This document shows, one piece after another, positions 47,403 to 57,106 of a stretch of 64,000 nucleotides of DNA (positions are counted from its first letter, which is position 1; every line of letters starts with the position of its first letter). This DNA comes from Bacteroidetes bacterium GWF2_43_63. Its GTDB lineage: Bacteria; Bacteroidota; Bacteroidia; Bacteroidales; DTU049. The position numbers and the translations under genes are program-made. Where the stretch lies: positions 129,821 to 193,820 of the forward strand of contig MEOQ01000045.1 in the NCBI GenBank assembly GCA_001769275.1, in the 5' to 3' direction. The notes beneath the pieces were generated by a model. That model ran no database searches. It was not told where the DNA came from and saw only the letters and a list, made by a program, of their open reading frames with translations.

Positions 47403-48221
47403 ATGACTCGAAATCGAATCAAAGACCGCTTATTTACAGTTATTTTCGAGTCCGATACCCAGGCTGGAAAATTTTTCGATATTACTTTGCTGATTTGTAT
47501 TTTAATCAGTGTTATCACTATTCTTCTGGAAAGCATACCCAGCTATCAAAAAGAGTATTCTTATTGGTTTCGGTCTGTGGAATGGTTTTTTACGATTGTT
47601 TTCACGCTGGAGTATGGTTTGCGGCTTTACAGCACCAGAAATGCGAAAAAGTATGCGCTAAGTTTTTTTGGAATAATCGATCTTTTGTCGATCCTGCCCA
47701 CATACATCGGTCTTGTTTTTGCCGGCGCACATTCCCTTATGATTATTCGATTGGTGCGGGTTTTGAGAATTTTCAGAATTTTCAAACTCACCAAACAACT
47801 CACCGATGGGAATGTTTTGTTGTCGGCTCTAAAGGCCAGTAGAAGCAAAATAATGATTTTTCTGATGTCGGTGCTTTTAATTGTTTGCGTTTTCGGAACC
47901 ATTATGTATCTTGTTGAAGGTCCTGTTAATGCCAGTTTCGACAGCATTCCGCGCAGTATTTACTGGTGTATTGTTACGGTGACAACGGTGGGCTATGGCG
48001 ATATTTCTCCTGTAACCAGTGGCGGGCAGTTTTTAGCCAGCATACTGATGATATGCGGTTATGCTATTTTGGCTGTGCCAACCGGAATAATGACGGGTGA
48101 AATCATCCGCAGTGAAAAGAAGGCCACTGCACAAACCTGCCCTTATTGCACAAAACAAGGTCATGACAAAGATGCAACGTATTGCAAGTTTTGTGGCATG
48201 CCGCTACATGAGAGGGCTTAG
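47403..48221 (+). CDS. Voltage-sensor-type K+ channel (Ion_trans, 6TM) with a C-terminal Cys4 zinc-ribbon tail
   Basis: S4-like ..IIRLVRVLRIFRIFKLTK.., selectivity filter ..TVTTVGYGD.., and tail ..CPYCTKQGH..ATYCKFCGMPL. Confidence 0.85.
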   Translation: MTRNRIKDRLFTVIFESDTQAGKFFDITLLICILISVITILLESIPSYQKEYSYWFRSVEWFFTIVFTLEYGLRLYSTRNAKKYALSFFGIIDLLSILPTYIGLVFAGAHSLMIIRLVRVLRIFRIFKLTKQLTDGNVLLSALKASRSKIMIFLMSVLLIVCVFGTIMYLVEGPVNASFDSIPRSIYWCIVTVTTVGYGDISPVTSGGQFLASILMICGYAILAVPTGIMTGEIIRSEKKATAQTCPYCTKQGHDKDATYCKFCGMPLHERA

Positions 48222-48493
48222 GTACTTCGATGCGATGAAGACTCGTGAAACATATTGCTGAATGCTTCATCGCTCAGTGTGACAGTTTTTTTGGTTCCGC
48301 TGTCATTCAGTCACGAAAGCTTTCGTGAGTTTGCAATAAAGACTTTTATATGAAACCAGCTTCAAATGTATCCCCGCCAGCTTTGCAGCGGGCAGGGAAG
48401 AACGACAGCGGGTTTTAGTTAGTCGCACTTCGATACGATGAAGACGGGTGTAGCGCAAAGCTTATGCGTCATCACTCAGTGTGACAATAGTTT
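48222..48493. repeat. Mosaic repeat including a 189-bp GCTGTCA-ended palindromic element (48299-48487)
   Basis: gctgtcattcag (48299-) pairs with cactcagtgtgaca (48474-48487). Internal perfect palindrome tcacgaaag/ctttcgtga. Shared words are gcacttcgatac and cagcttcaaatgtatc. Confidence 0.75.
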
Positions 48494-49186
48494 TTACAGC
48501 TTGCTCAGCTTAGTAAGCAGCATATATTCCATCAAATCGCCTTTGTCGCTGTAGGTCTCGGATTTTACAATGCCAGCGCCTATCGAAATATAATCTACGG
48601 ATGAATGTTTTGTATTTATAAAACCTGTCTTGGACTGGATTTTCGATGAGATTTTATAAACTTCGAAAGTGCCGGCAGCCGTAGTCATGGTCTCTTTTCC
48701 ACCAATCTTGCGATCGGTAATATTAATTGTCATTGTCATAATGGTCATTCCGTTGCTGCTCATTTGATAAGTAATGTTTGCATCGGGCAATGAGGCGCCT
48801 TCGGTGAGGGTGGCGGGAAATTGCAGGTCATTGGCGGTCATAGCGATTTCCATATCTGGGTTTTCCTGATAGAAATTTTCTCCCAGAAAATCTTTCATGT
48901 CAAAATAAAAAACGCCATCAGCGCATTTCATAATCAGATCGCCGGATCCTTCAACTTCACCCTTTTCATTCATTACAGTTGTGGTAACAGTTGCATCGTA
49001 ACCGTTTGTAAGGTCTTTAACCGATTTAACCGAATAGGCATTAACACCTTCAACTTTATCTTTTTTGTTGTATTGGGTCATTTCCCAGCTGTTTCCGGTT
49101 TTAAGCGGAAAGTATTCTGGACAAACCTGAGCGCTCATCCAGATTGGGAGAAGCAGAAGTAATGCAATGTTTGCAAGTGTTTTCAT
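48494..49186 (-). CDS. Secreted hypothetical protein
   Basis: Signal peptide ..LLPIWMSAQ. The ORF is beta-rich and I recognise no family. Confidence 0.65.
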   Translation of the reverse strand: MKTLANIALLLLLPIWMSAQVCPEYFPLKTGNSWEMTQYNKKDKVEGVNAYSVKSVKDLTNGYDATVTTTVMNEKGEVEGSGDLIMKCADGVFYFDMKDFLGENFYQENPDMEIAMTANDLQFPATLTEGASLPDANITYQMSSNGMTIMTMTINITDRKIGGKETMTTAAGTFEVYKISSKIQSKTGFINTKHSSVDYISIGAGIVKSETYSDKGDLMEYMLLTKLSKL

Positions 49187-49472
49187 AGTATTTTTGTGGC
49201 AAATATAATAATAAATGGGTTATCAACTCGCAAATTTCATCGACCATCACCCCTCGAAGTGTTTCAAGTCCTACACCACAACATTCCGCCGTTTGTAAAC
49301 TTGTGTTTCCCGACGATTCCACGTAAGTAATGTTATACACTCAGCCCTTATAAAATGACGGTAGAATGTCGGGAAACCCAACATTCTGTCGTCCGCATGA
49401 CTGATTTTGGAGAAAGGTTGCGGACACGGAATCGTTGGGGGTAAATTGTTTCAAATCCTTTTTGAGGTATAA

Positions 49473-50075
49473 TCAAAACTGAATCTTCAATTGCTCATTC
49501 AACCGAAAGCTTCTCCGGTGATAGGATGTGATGCCGTTTTCAGCAATCGCTTTTTTGTGTCCGGGCGATGGGTAGCCTTTATTTTCATTCCATCCGTATT
49601 GCGGAAAATTTTCATGAAGATCAATCATGAATTCGTCGCGATGCGTTTTTGCAAGTATGCTGGCCGCCGCAATACTCATGTATTTTCCATCGCCTTTTAT
49701 AATGGTTGTGTGCGGAATTTTTCGGAATGGTTTGAAACGATTTCCGTCCACAATGATATGCGCCGGCTTTGTTTTCAGTTTGCCCAAAGCCAGATGCATG
49801 GCCCTGATCGAAGCATTGAGAATATTTATTTTATCGATTTCTTTGTGATCTACAAATGCTACAGCCCAGTCAAGTGCCTGTTCTTCGATGATTTCCCGCA
49901 GCAGCGCACGTTCTTTTTCATTCAGTTTTTTTGAATCATCGAGCAGCGGATGAAAAAAATTAGCGGGCAAAATGACGACTGCTGCTGTTACCGGACCTGC
50001 CAGACATCCGCGCCCTGCCTCGTCGCATCCGGCTTCGGGAACCAACTCCGAATAGTGATGTAGCAAGGCCGCCAT
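49473..50075 (-). CDS. rnhB: Ribonuclease HII
   Basis: ..[15 protein letters not shown].. (DEAGRG motif), ..DDSKKL.. and ..ASILAK..RD.. Confidence 0.95.
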   Translation of the reverse strand: MAALLHHYSELVPEAGCDEAGRGCLAGPVTAAVVILPANFFHPLLDDSKKLNEKERALLREIIEEQALDWAVAFVDHKEIDKINILNASIRAMHLALGKLKTKPAHIIVDGNRFKPFRKIPHTTIIKGDGKYMSIAAASILAKTHRDEFMIDLHENFPQYGWNENKGYPSPGHKKAIAENGITSYHRRSFRLNEQLKIQF

Positions 50076-50080
50076 ATAAT

Positions 50081-51061
50081 TTATTTATAATTCAACAGAT
50101 AATAATACAAGATTGGAAACACGATGGGCATCAGCCAGAGTATGATGAACGCGGCTTTCCGACGGGCGTTGTACATCAGTCGGGTCCAGTAAAAAACAGT
50201 TGCAAGTCCGTAAATTGAAAATAAAATATTCGTATTGAACAACGACGAAATCATTGCAGGAGCAAGTGCTATCAACGAAAACAGGATCACTGAATAACTC
50301 CGGCGGACAGATATTTTTGATTCACTAACTCTTGAATGAACAATCAAAGCGAGTAAAAATAAAAGAGCCGGACAGCCGTAGAAACTGGCCGGGAATGCAA
50401 ATTGGAGCAAGTCTTCTTGCAATACAAAAGCACCCGGATTGTCAAGTAAAATATTTGTTTTGTTAGTCAGAAAATACCAGAACAAAACAAAAAAAGCAGG
50501 AGTCAGAAAACCGGTCAACCACACAAGGGTGCGGCGGAACGATATGTTCTGACTGATGATCATGGTGATAATTCCTGTAACAAAAAACAAAACAGCAAAT
50601 GCACCATTCAGTAGCAAAAATCCACTTAAGATTGCGGCGGTAAGTGTCCGGCGAAGTACCGTCCCCTGCGATTCTCCGGGCAAAAGCTGATAAAGAATAA
50701 GGAGGAAAGCTGTCCAATAAATCGACACCATCAATCCGATGCTCCAATCCACAATGGTGAAATGAATGACTGGAAGAATAAAAAAGAGCATGTATTCTTT
50801 TCGTGACACTTCGAGATTTCTTGTCGAAATGAGCCACAGAAGCAGTGTTGAGGCTGCAATAAATAAAACGCGAAGAATTACAATCCAGCTGAAACTGAGT
50901 GTAAGCACTGTTTCCGTAATGCCGGCAAGCCAGGGGTGTAATTGAATATTGGTGTTTGGTTCTCCGTTGAGTATCAGAAAAACAAGCGTAGCAAGCCAGA
51001 GCAGCATGAAAACGAATTTCATCTGCGAGTTGATGACTCTTTCGGCATTAAACGATCTCAT
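50081..51061 (-). CDS. Polytopic membrane protein of unknown function
   Basis: About 9-10 hydrophobic segments. The start is uncertain: 51061 overlaps the purD end by 14 bp, and the alternative Met at 51022 does not. Confidence 0.65.
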   Translation of the reverse strand: MRSFNAERVINSQMKFVFMLLWLATLVFLILNGEPNTNIQLHPWLAGITETVLTLSFSWIVILRVLFIAASTLLLWLISTRNLEVSRKEYMLFFILPVIHFTIVDWSIGLMVSIYWTAFLLILYQLLPGESQGTVLRRTLTAAILSGFLLLNGAFAVLFFVTGIITMIISQNISFRRTLVWLTGFLTPAFFVLFWYFLTNKTNILLDNPGAFVLQEDLLQFAFPASFYGCPALLFLLALIVHSRVSESKISVRRSYSVILFSLIALAPAMISSLFNTNILFSIYGLATVFYWTRLMYNARRKAAFIILWLMPIVFPILYYYLLNYK

Positions 51062-52331
51062 ACGCTTTTAAATCAAGTCCGATATCGCTGCGGTTTGTTT
51101 TGCCTTCGAAATGCACATGGTCAGCCAGATTGTAGGCCGCTGTGCGGGCTTCGTCCAGCGTGTTGCCCGTGCCCACAACAGCCATCACACGACCGCCTGA
51201 GGTAACTACATTGTCATGGAGCACTTTTGTTCCGGCATGAAAAATCAAATGATTTCCTTCGGGTAAAGAAATTGTTTTGCCTTTTTCATAGTCGCCCGGA
51301 TATCCTTTCGATGCCAGCACAATTGACAATGCTGTCATTGGGAGTGTCTCGGTTTTATAATCTTTCAGATTTCCGGTGGCTGCAGCTGTAAGCATTTCTG
51401 CAAACGAGCCTCCGATGCGGGGCATAACCACCTGTGTTTCGGGATCGCCCATACGGACATTGTATTCGATCACGAATGGATCGCCGTTCACATTCATCAA
51501 TCCGAAGAAAACAAATCCGCAATAATCGATGTTGTCTTTCTGAAATCCGCTGATGGTGGGTTCTACAACGCGTGTTACCACTTTATCCATAAATTCCTTT
51601 GTGGCGAAAGGAACCGGAGAGACCGTTCCCATGCCGCCTGTATTCGGTCCGGTATTTCCATCGCCGATGCGCTTGTAATCTTTTGCGCCGGGCAACAGGA
51701 CATAATTTTTCCCGTCCGTCAGGGCAAAAACCGACATTTCGATTCCATCTAGAAACTGTTCTATCACCAGTGTTTTACCGGCTTCGCCAAAAATATTATC
51801 TTCGAAAACCGATGCGATATGATTGACGGCTTCGTCGGCTGATTCGGTAATAACAACTCCTTTGCCGGCAGCCAACCCGTCTGCTTTCATCACGTAGGGG
51901 CCGCTGTGGCTGCGGATATACGATTGTGCTTCTGTTTTTTGCTCCGAAGTGAATGTGGCGTAGGCCGCTGTGGGTATGTCATGACGAATCATGAATTGTT
52001 TTGCAAAATCCTTGCTCCCTTCGAGCATGGCTCCATGAGCCGATGGACCGACGATCAGAAGATTTATGAAGCGTGGATCTTTTTTCAATAAATCAGTGAA
52101 TCCGTTTACCAGCGGCTCTTCTGGCCCGACAAGAATCATGTCGATGCTGAGCGAAATAATTTGTTCCAGCAGGTTTTCAAAATCGTTGAAAGAGTAGGGG
52201 AGATTTGTGCCGCATTGCAGTGTGCCTGCATTTCCGGGCGCGATAAAAATATTTTCTTTGCCGATATCGCGCGCCAGTCGCCATGCCAATGCATGCTCAC
52301 GCCCGCCCGAACCTGTGATGAGAATTTTCAT
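51048..52331 (-). CDS. purD: Phosphoribosylamine--glycine ligase
   Basis: Start set to MKILITGSGGREHALAW. Downstream ATP-grasp motifs include ..KADGLAAGKGV.. and ..EYN.R.GDPE.. Confidence 0.95.
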   Translation of the reverse strand: MKILITGSGGREHALAWRLARDIGKENIFIAPGNAGTLQCGTNLPYSFNDFENLLEQIISLSIDMILVGPEEPLVNGFTDLLKKDPRFINLLIVGPSAHGAMLEGSKDFAKQFMIRHDIPTAAYATFTSEQKTEAQSYIRSHSGPYVMKADGLAAGKGVVITESADEAVNHIASVFEDNIFGEAGKTLVIEQFLDGIEMSVFALTDGKNYVLLPGAKDYKRIGDGNTGPNTGGMGTVSPVPFATKEFMDKVVTRVVEPTISGFQKDNIDYCGFVFFGLMNVNGDPFVIEYNVRMGDPETQVVMPRIGGSFAEMLTAAATGNLKDYKTETLPMTALSIVLASKGYPGDYEKGKTISLPEGNHLIFHAGTKVLHDNVVTSGGRVMAVVGTGNTLDEARTAAYNLADHVHFEGKTNRSDIGLDLKAYEIV

Positions 52332-52359
52332 AAAACAACTTTGCTGCAAATTTACAATT

Positions 52360-52500
52360 TAGACGCGGAATAACGCGGAAAATAGTATAAGCCCCAACGG
52401 ATAGACGCGGAGAGAGAGGTTTAGACGCGGATTAACGCGGAATATATTAAAACTGACGGATGGACGTGGAGAAAGAGGATTAGACGCGGAATATTTCAAA
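52360..52500. repeat. ~60-bp tandem repeat carrying five TAGACGCGGA decamers
   Basis: The decamer occurs at 52360, 52402, 52422, 52461 (variant tggacgtgga) and 52481, with spacing 42/20/39/20 bp. It starts 29 bp upstream of the purD start codon. Confidence 0.85.
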
Positions 52501-52920
52501 ACGCGTTTTGACGGATTCAAAGGTGCTTCATTTAAAACCACGTGGAACGTGGCAAGCTGTGACATGTCGCTCAATTTGTCCCTGGGGTGGAGTCTATCCC
52601 GCTGCCTCCTTCGATACACCGCAAGCAGATATCTCGCAAAGAGCTGCGAGAGCGGCACTCAGGATGACAGCGAGGGTGTGCCATTCAATTTTGGGTTGCG
52701 ATGCACGCATTGCTGGTGGTCTCTGGATGACAGCGGCGGGGCCAAGGGTTACCGATGTTGGACTGCAGAGTTTGCTCTACAAGAGGCGGAGGCGCATCTT
52801 ATGGAGCTCCGCAGCTTTTTAAATCCTTCGGATACTCGATCTCGTAACGTTTGTAACGTCTGTAACGTGTAACGAAAGTCTTACTAAACCTTAACCTGGG
52901 CGCGCGTCTCCCGACGCGTG
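52501..52920. repeat. Mosaic intergenic repeat composite
   Basis: Words present are ccacgtggaacgtggcaagctgtgac, cttcgatac, actcaggatgacagcg, a GTAACG array (ctcgtaacgtttgtaacgtctgtaacgtgtaacg, about 52840-52873) and ctgggcgcgcgtct (also at about 53724). Confidence 0.75.
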
Positions 52921-52923
52921 ACC

Positions 52924-53472
52924 CTATTCTCCCATGTTGAATTTGACGATCAGATGAAAGAAGAATGTTTCATTGTCGATGATGGTGAAAGCAAAATCGA
53001 GGGGCATGCCGGCTTTGCGGCGGATCTCGAGGATGCCAAGGCCATTGCTTCCGTTTGGACTCTCAGCGATAACAGGTTTTTCGGCATCAGCCTGACGTAC
53101 ATTTTCTTTCATGCTGCCACCGGCTTTGCGGTTGGCTTCGCGGATTCTTTTTTCAACAACCGTTCTGCGGGTGATACTTACGGCGTTTCCGCAATCAATT
53201 TTAAATCCCTGCCGGGTGCGTGTTGCCAGAAAAACAGCCGGATAAAGCGGGTATTCGTTATGCATATAAATATTCTGCAAAATCTCGCTGGCGGCAAGCA
53301 GAATCCGTTTTCTGATGCGGGTTTCCTGCTCTCCGAACAACCCTTCCATATTGTCAAGAATCCTGTCCGATTTCTTCTCAGAAATGGTGCCTTTGAATTG
53401 AGAAATCACATCGGCAGAATTGATGTTCTCCTTGATAAAATCGTCAATATTGAATTTCGATCCTGGTTTCAT
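52924..53472 (-). CDS. Small GHKL-like kinase, SiaB/DUF6272-like (tentative)
   Basis: 182 aa. ..ISQFKGTIS...RKRILLAASEILQNIYMHN.. and ..NGLGILEIRRKAG.. resemble the N-box and G-box of small anti-sigma-type Ser/Thr kinases. There is no partner gene nearby. Confidence 0.45.
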   Translation of the reverse strand: MKPGSKFNIDDFIKENINSADVISQFKGTISEKKSDRILDNMEGLFGEQETRIRKRILLAASEILQNIYMHNEYPLYPAVFLATRTRQGFKIDCGNAVSITRRTVVEKRIREANRKAGGSMKENVRQADAEKPVIAESPNGSNGLGILEIRRKAGMPLDFAFTIIDNETFFFHLIVKFNMGE

Positions 53473-53639
53473 GGGGGTTCAGTGAATTAATTTTTTCTGC
53501 AGATCATCAATGAACAATGTCATGTCTGCCCAAAGGTATAAAATAATTTTAATTATTATCGGTCATTTTTTTAACATGAATGGATAAAATTGGGAAAGCT
53601 GGGCAATCCTACAAAAACTTCTTTTTGAAATTCCCTGCA

Positions 53640-53979
53640 ACATTTCCACAACGCAGAGAGCTCGCTCCGCGAGGCACTCAGGTTGTGAAAATATTCAATG
53701 GGCGAGCCATCTCAAATTCAATCTGGGCGCGCGTCTTCTGCTTGTGTTTACGCCACCTTTACAACCGAGACACGCAGTCTTCTTGTCCATGTGGCTTTCA
53801 CGTGAAGCGTCCTGGAAGAGTCGGAGAGGGAATGCACAGTGCACAACGCCAACGCGCCGCCTGCCTTTGTCTCGCTTGTAACGTTGTAACGCTTGTAACG
53901 TGTAACGCTTGTAACGCGTAACGTCTGTAACGCCTGTAACGCCACGCTTCCAGCGTGATAAATTCCACGCTTGTAACGT
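53640..53979. repeat. Mosaic intergenic repeat composite ending in a nine-copy GTAACG array
   Basis: Third copy of the CCACAACGCAGAGAGC module (53646-53687). The 65-bp segment 53797-53861 is about 90% identical to 59223-59287. GTAACG occurs at 53878, 53886, 53895, 53902, 53911, 53918, 53927, 53936 and 53973. Confidence 0.85.
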
Positions 53980-55197
53980 CTATTTCTCCAATAAAAATTT
54001 CCGGATATGACAATGCTCAATGCCTTCAAAACTAGCACCCTCAAATGCATCCATGGTAATTACTTTTTTCGGATATTGATCTTTTATCTTCATAAGATTG
54101 CCAAATTCCCGCTCTACCGTTTTTTCTCCTTTCAAATTCAGCGCAACCTGTATATACATCTTTTCCTGATTCTTTTCGCACACAAAATCAATTTCACCTG
54201 TGCCAATGCTGCCCACTTTTACATCCCACCCCAAAAACAACAAATGGTTAAATGCGACATTTTCCAATATCTTTCCCAAATCCTGCGGGCGGTATCCAAT
54301 CACTGCATGGCGTAGGCCCGTGTTCTCAAAATAGTTTTTTCCACCTGTTTCGAAAATCCGCTTACCTACAATATCGTAGCGTTCAGCGTGATGTATAATA
54401 AAGGCATTGGCCAGATAGCTGATGAAAAGTTGTATCTGATTCGGCGCAATATTCACCTGCTGAGATTTTAAATAATCACTGATTTTTTTTGCCGAAAACA
54501 AGCTCCCAGTATTATCGGCCAGAAATTGTATCAGCTTTTCCAGCAACTTGTGACTACGTATATTGTATCGATTGATAACATCGCGATATACAATAGTGGC
54601 GTAAATACTTTTCAGATATTCCATCAATACTGCATTTTCCTGGGGAAGATGCATCAGATAGGGTAAACCGCCATAACGAAAATACCGATCCAGTGTTTTG
54701 TCAGAATCCTGAATCTGGTGAAAATGCAAAAACTCGGGATAGGACAAGCTGTAAATTTTTATCTCCACAAAACGGCCACTGAGCAAACTGGAGAGCTCGC
54801 CTGATAACAGCTCAGCATTGCTGCCCGTGCAGTAAATATCGCAGTTCCCTTTTAGCAAAAGGCTGCGCAAAGCTTTTTCAAATGCCGGTATTTCCTGTAT
54901 TTCATCAATGAAGATATAATTCATCCGATCACTTACTATATTTGATGCAATGTAATCGTGAAGGTCTTTTGCCGTCTGCAGGTGATCGAACAACAAATCC
55001 TCCTTGTTTATGTATATCACCGGCACATCATGCTCCAAACCGCGCAGATGCTGTATGATCTGAAAAAGGATGTAACTCTTCCCGACCCGGCGCTGCCCCG
55101 TGAAAACTTTAATCACGTTTTTTCCGATAAAAGGGATTATTCTTGACAGATATTCATGTCGCTTTTTTAATCCCGCAGGCAGAGTTGTTTTGTTCAT
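53980..55197 (-). CDS. AAA+ ATPase with C-terminal DUF4143 (COG1373-type)
   Basis: Walker A ..TGQRRVGKSY.., Walker B ..YIFIDEIQEIP.., ..TGSNAELLSGELSSLLSGRF.., and a C-terminal ..GEIDFV.. nuclease-fold-like motif. Confidence 0.85.
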   Translation of the reverse strand: MNKTTLPAGLKKRHEYLSRIIPFIGKNVIKVFTGQRRVGKSYILFQIIQHLRGLEHDVPVIYINKEDLLFDHLQTAKDLHDYIASNIVSDRMNYIFIDEIQEIPAFEKALRSLLLKGNCDIYCTGSNAELLSGELSSLLSGRFVEIKIYSLSYPEFLHFHQIQDSDKTLDRYFRYGGLPYLMHLPQENAVLMEYLKSIYATIVYRDVINRYNIRSHKLLEKLIQFLADNTGSLFSAKKISDYLKSQQVNIAPNQIQLFISYLANAFIIHHAERYDIVGKRIFETGGKNYFENTGLRHAVIGYRPQDLGKILENVAFNHLLFLGWDVKVGSIGTGEIDFVCEKNQEKMYIQVALNLKGEKTVEREFGNLMKIKDQYPKKVITMDAFEGASFEGIEHCHIRKFLLEK

Positions 55198-55299
55198 ATA
55201 TATAATTGTGTTTATAGTATCTATGCAAATATACGAAAGTTATAAACATGATTACAATAAATAGTAATAATGTGAAAACATTGGGGTCAAATAGTCAAG

Positions 55300-55570
55300 G
55301 GTTGCCTTTGCTCCGTCTTTGCGGCTATCGCGCATATCGGTGGCTGACGCGTAAATTGCACAGCGCGCAAAGCTCGGCGCATGCGGCATGCGGCAAGGCT
55401 TTGCATCGCTCCCACGCTTATTCCCGCTCTCGCTCTCACGCTCGCTCTGATTTATTCAACCTCTATGCGTCGCATAGCGACCTGTCACGATTGCTATCGT
55501 GAGCGTTGAAGAAGGACAAAGCACATCACCTCATCGCCAACGCGCCCCCTCGCCAACGCGCCGGGAAGGA
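55300..55570. repeat. Mosaic intergenic repeat composite
   Basis: gcgcacaaagctcggcgcatgcggcatgcggcaaggctttgcatcgctccc (compare 60905-60950), a CGCTCTCGCTC run, and the 42-bp segment 55471-55512, which is identical to 57384-57425. Confidence 0.85.
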
Positions 55571-55641
55571 CAGAGCAGTAGCAATATTGACCGCGCCATT
55601 GAATGAATAAGATTTATGTTGCATCATGGAAAAAAATTGAT

Positions 55642-55649
55642 TATCTTTG
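55642..55649 (+). promoter_or_regulatory. Candidate -7 box (TAtcTTTG) for the hipB-like/hipA operon
   Basis: tatctttg lies 61 nt upstream of the TTG start at 55710. Confidence 0.4.
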
Positions 55650-55709
55650 CTTGCTTAATAGATAAAATATTATCAATTAAACCGAAAAACCAAATTAAAG
55701 ACTAAAATA

Positions 55710-56030
55710 TTGGTCGAAATATCGGAAATATTAAACCGTAACAATCCAAACAGCATTGCCTTGGAACTGGCAAAGCGTGCGAAAAAATTGCGCTTAGCCG
55801 GCAATATGTCGCAGCAGATGCTGGCGGAAAAATCAGGTGTGAGCCTGGGCTCAGTGAAACGGTTTGAGCAACTTGGTCTGATTTCGTTACAGCATTTATT
55901 GCATATTGCTGTTGCGTTGAATGCGGCCGAAGATTTTATACAGTTATTTTCACAACCGCATTATGAAAGTATTGATGCTCTTGTGAAACTCAAAATGGCG
56001 GAAAACCGGAAACGTGTGCGAAGAAAATGA
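55710..56030 (+). CDS. XRE-family helix-turn-helix antitoxin (HipB-like)
   Basis: ..LRLAGNMSQQMLAEKSGVSLGSVKRFE.. HTH motif. There is a 4 bp ATGA overlap with hipA. The TTG start is inferred because no in-frame ATG lies upstream of the HTH. Confidence 0.75.
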   Translation: MVEISEILNRNNPNSIALELAKRAKKLRLAGNMSQQMLAEKSGVSLGSVKRFEQLGLISLQHLLHIAVALNAAEDFIQLFSQPHYESIDALVKLKMAENRKRVRRK

Positions 56031-57106
56031 AGATACCATCAACAGATATGATTACGGTGAAATGCGGCTCGCACATAGCTGGTCGAATGATATTGTCGCC
56101 GGAACGATTAATGGTTTTTGAGTACGACGCCAATTGGCTAAAGAATGGTTTTGCGCTTTCACCATTTTTTCTCCCGCTGAAGGCCGGCGCCATGACTGCC
56201 CGGCGAGAGCCATTCCATGGTAACTTCGGCGTTTTCGCCGACAGTCTTCCGGATGGATGGGGAAATCTTTTGTTGGATCGTGTATTGCGAAAATACGGAC
56301 TGGATCCGGCTTCGCTCACAACCATTCAGCGGCTTTCGCTTGTTGGAAATAACGGCATGGGTGCATTGACCTATGAACCCGCATTTGCAGTATCTGAACC
56401 GCAGGCATTGGAAGATCTCAACGAAATTGCTGCTGAAGTTGAGATGATAATGAATGACCAGGCATATATGGAATCTGTCGATGAGTTGTACCGTCAGGCA
56501 GGATCATCGGCGGGTGCCAGACCCAAGGTGCTGATTATGCACGAAGGTGAGCACTGGCTGGTGAAATTTGCATCCTCAATGGATCCGGACAATATTGGTG
56601 AAATAGAATTCGAATACTCGCAGCGCGCACGCAGAGCCGGAATTGAAATGCCTGAAACCCGGCTTTTTGAAGGAAAGTATTTTGGCGTGAAACGTTTCGA
56701 TCGTGAAGGAGAAGAGCGGATTCATATGATATCCGCTGCGGGATTGCTGCATGCCGATTTTCGGGTGCCATCGCTGGATTATACCGAGTTGATTAAAGCC
56801 ACCAGAGCGCTGACCGGGAGTGTTGTAGAGGTCGAGAAAATGTATCGGCTTATGGCTTTCAATGTCCTGATTGGGAATAACGATGATCACGCGCGCAACT
56901 TTTCTTTTATTTACAAAAAAGGTGAATGGAAATGCTCACCGGCATATGATTTACTTCCGTCGGTAGGAATGAATGGCGAACACTGCACAGCTGTTGCGGG
57001 TAGCGGACGTCCCGATGAAGGCGACATGCTGCGTGTTGCTGCTCAATGTAGCATTGAGAATGTGCGGGCCAAAGAGATTATTGCGGAAGTTGGAAGGTCT
57101 TTATAG
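56027..57106 (+). CDS. hipA: HipA-family Ser/Thr kinase toxin (type II TA)
   Basis: N-terminal coupling domain ..FADSLPDGWGNLLLDR.., ..GSSAGARPKVLI.. and catalytic ..IGNNDDHARNFSF.. Confidence 0.85.
   Translation: MKIPSTDMITVKCGSHIAGRMILSPERLMVFEYDANWLKNGFALSPFFLPLKAGAMTARREPFHGNFGVFADSLPDGWGNLLLDRVLRKYGLDPASLTTIQRLSLVGNNGMGALTYEPAFAVSEPQALEDLNEIAAEVEMIMNDQAYMESVDELYRQAGSSAGARPKVLIMHEGEHWLVKFASSMDPDNIGEIEFEYSQRARRAGIEMPETRLFEGKYFGVKRFDREGEERIHMISAAGLLHADFRVPSLDYTELIKATRALTGSVVEVEKMYRLMAFNVLIGNNDDHARNFSFIYKKGEWKCSPAYDLLPSVGMNGEHCTAVAGSGRPDEGDMLRVAAQCSIENVRAKEIIAEVGRSL

Noticed and set aside
47246-47842. 198-aa plus-strand ORF overlapping the K+ channel gene.
   Set aside because: It starts inside the repeat module, is out of frame with the well-supported channel ORF (TVGYGD filter, S4 segment), and has no recognisable features.
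52359-54050. Track ORFs translating the repeat composites: 52359-52658(-), 52508-52822(+), 52549-52872(+), 53580-53921(+), 53748-54050(-), 53798-54013(-). The same applies to 55248-55502, 57517-57729, 60791-61066, 60859-61056 and 62692-62901.
   Set aside because: They give low-complexity, repeat-derived peptides (RSRSHSRS.., RYKRYN.., LALALSL..) in several overlapping frames. None has a plausible start context. They are by-products of GC-rich stop-poor repeats.
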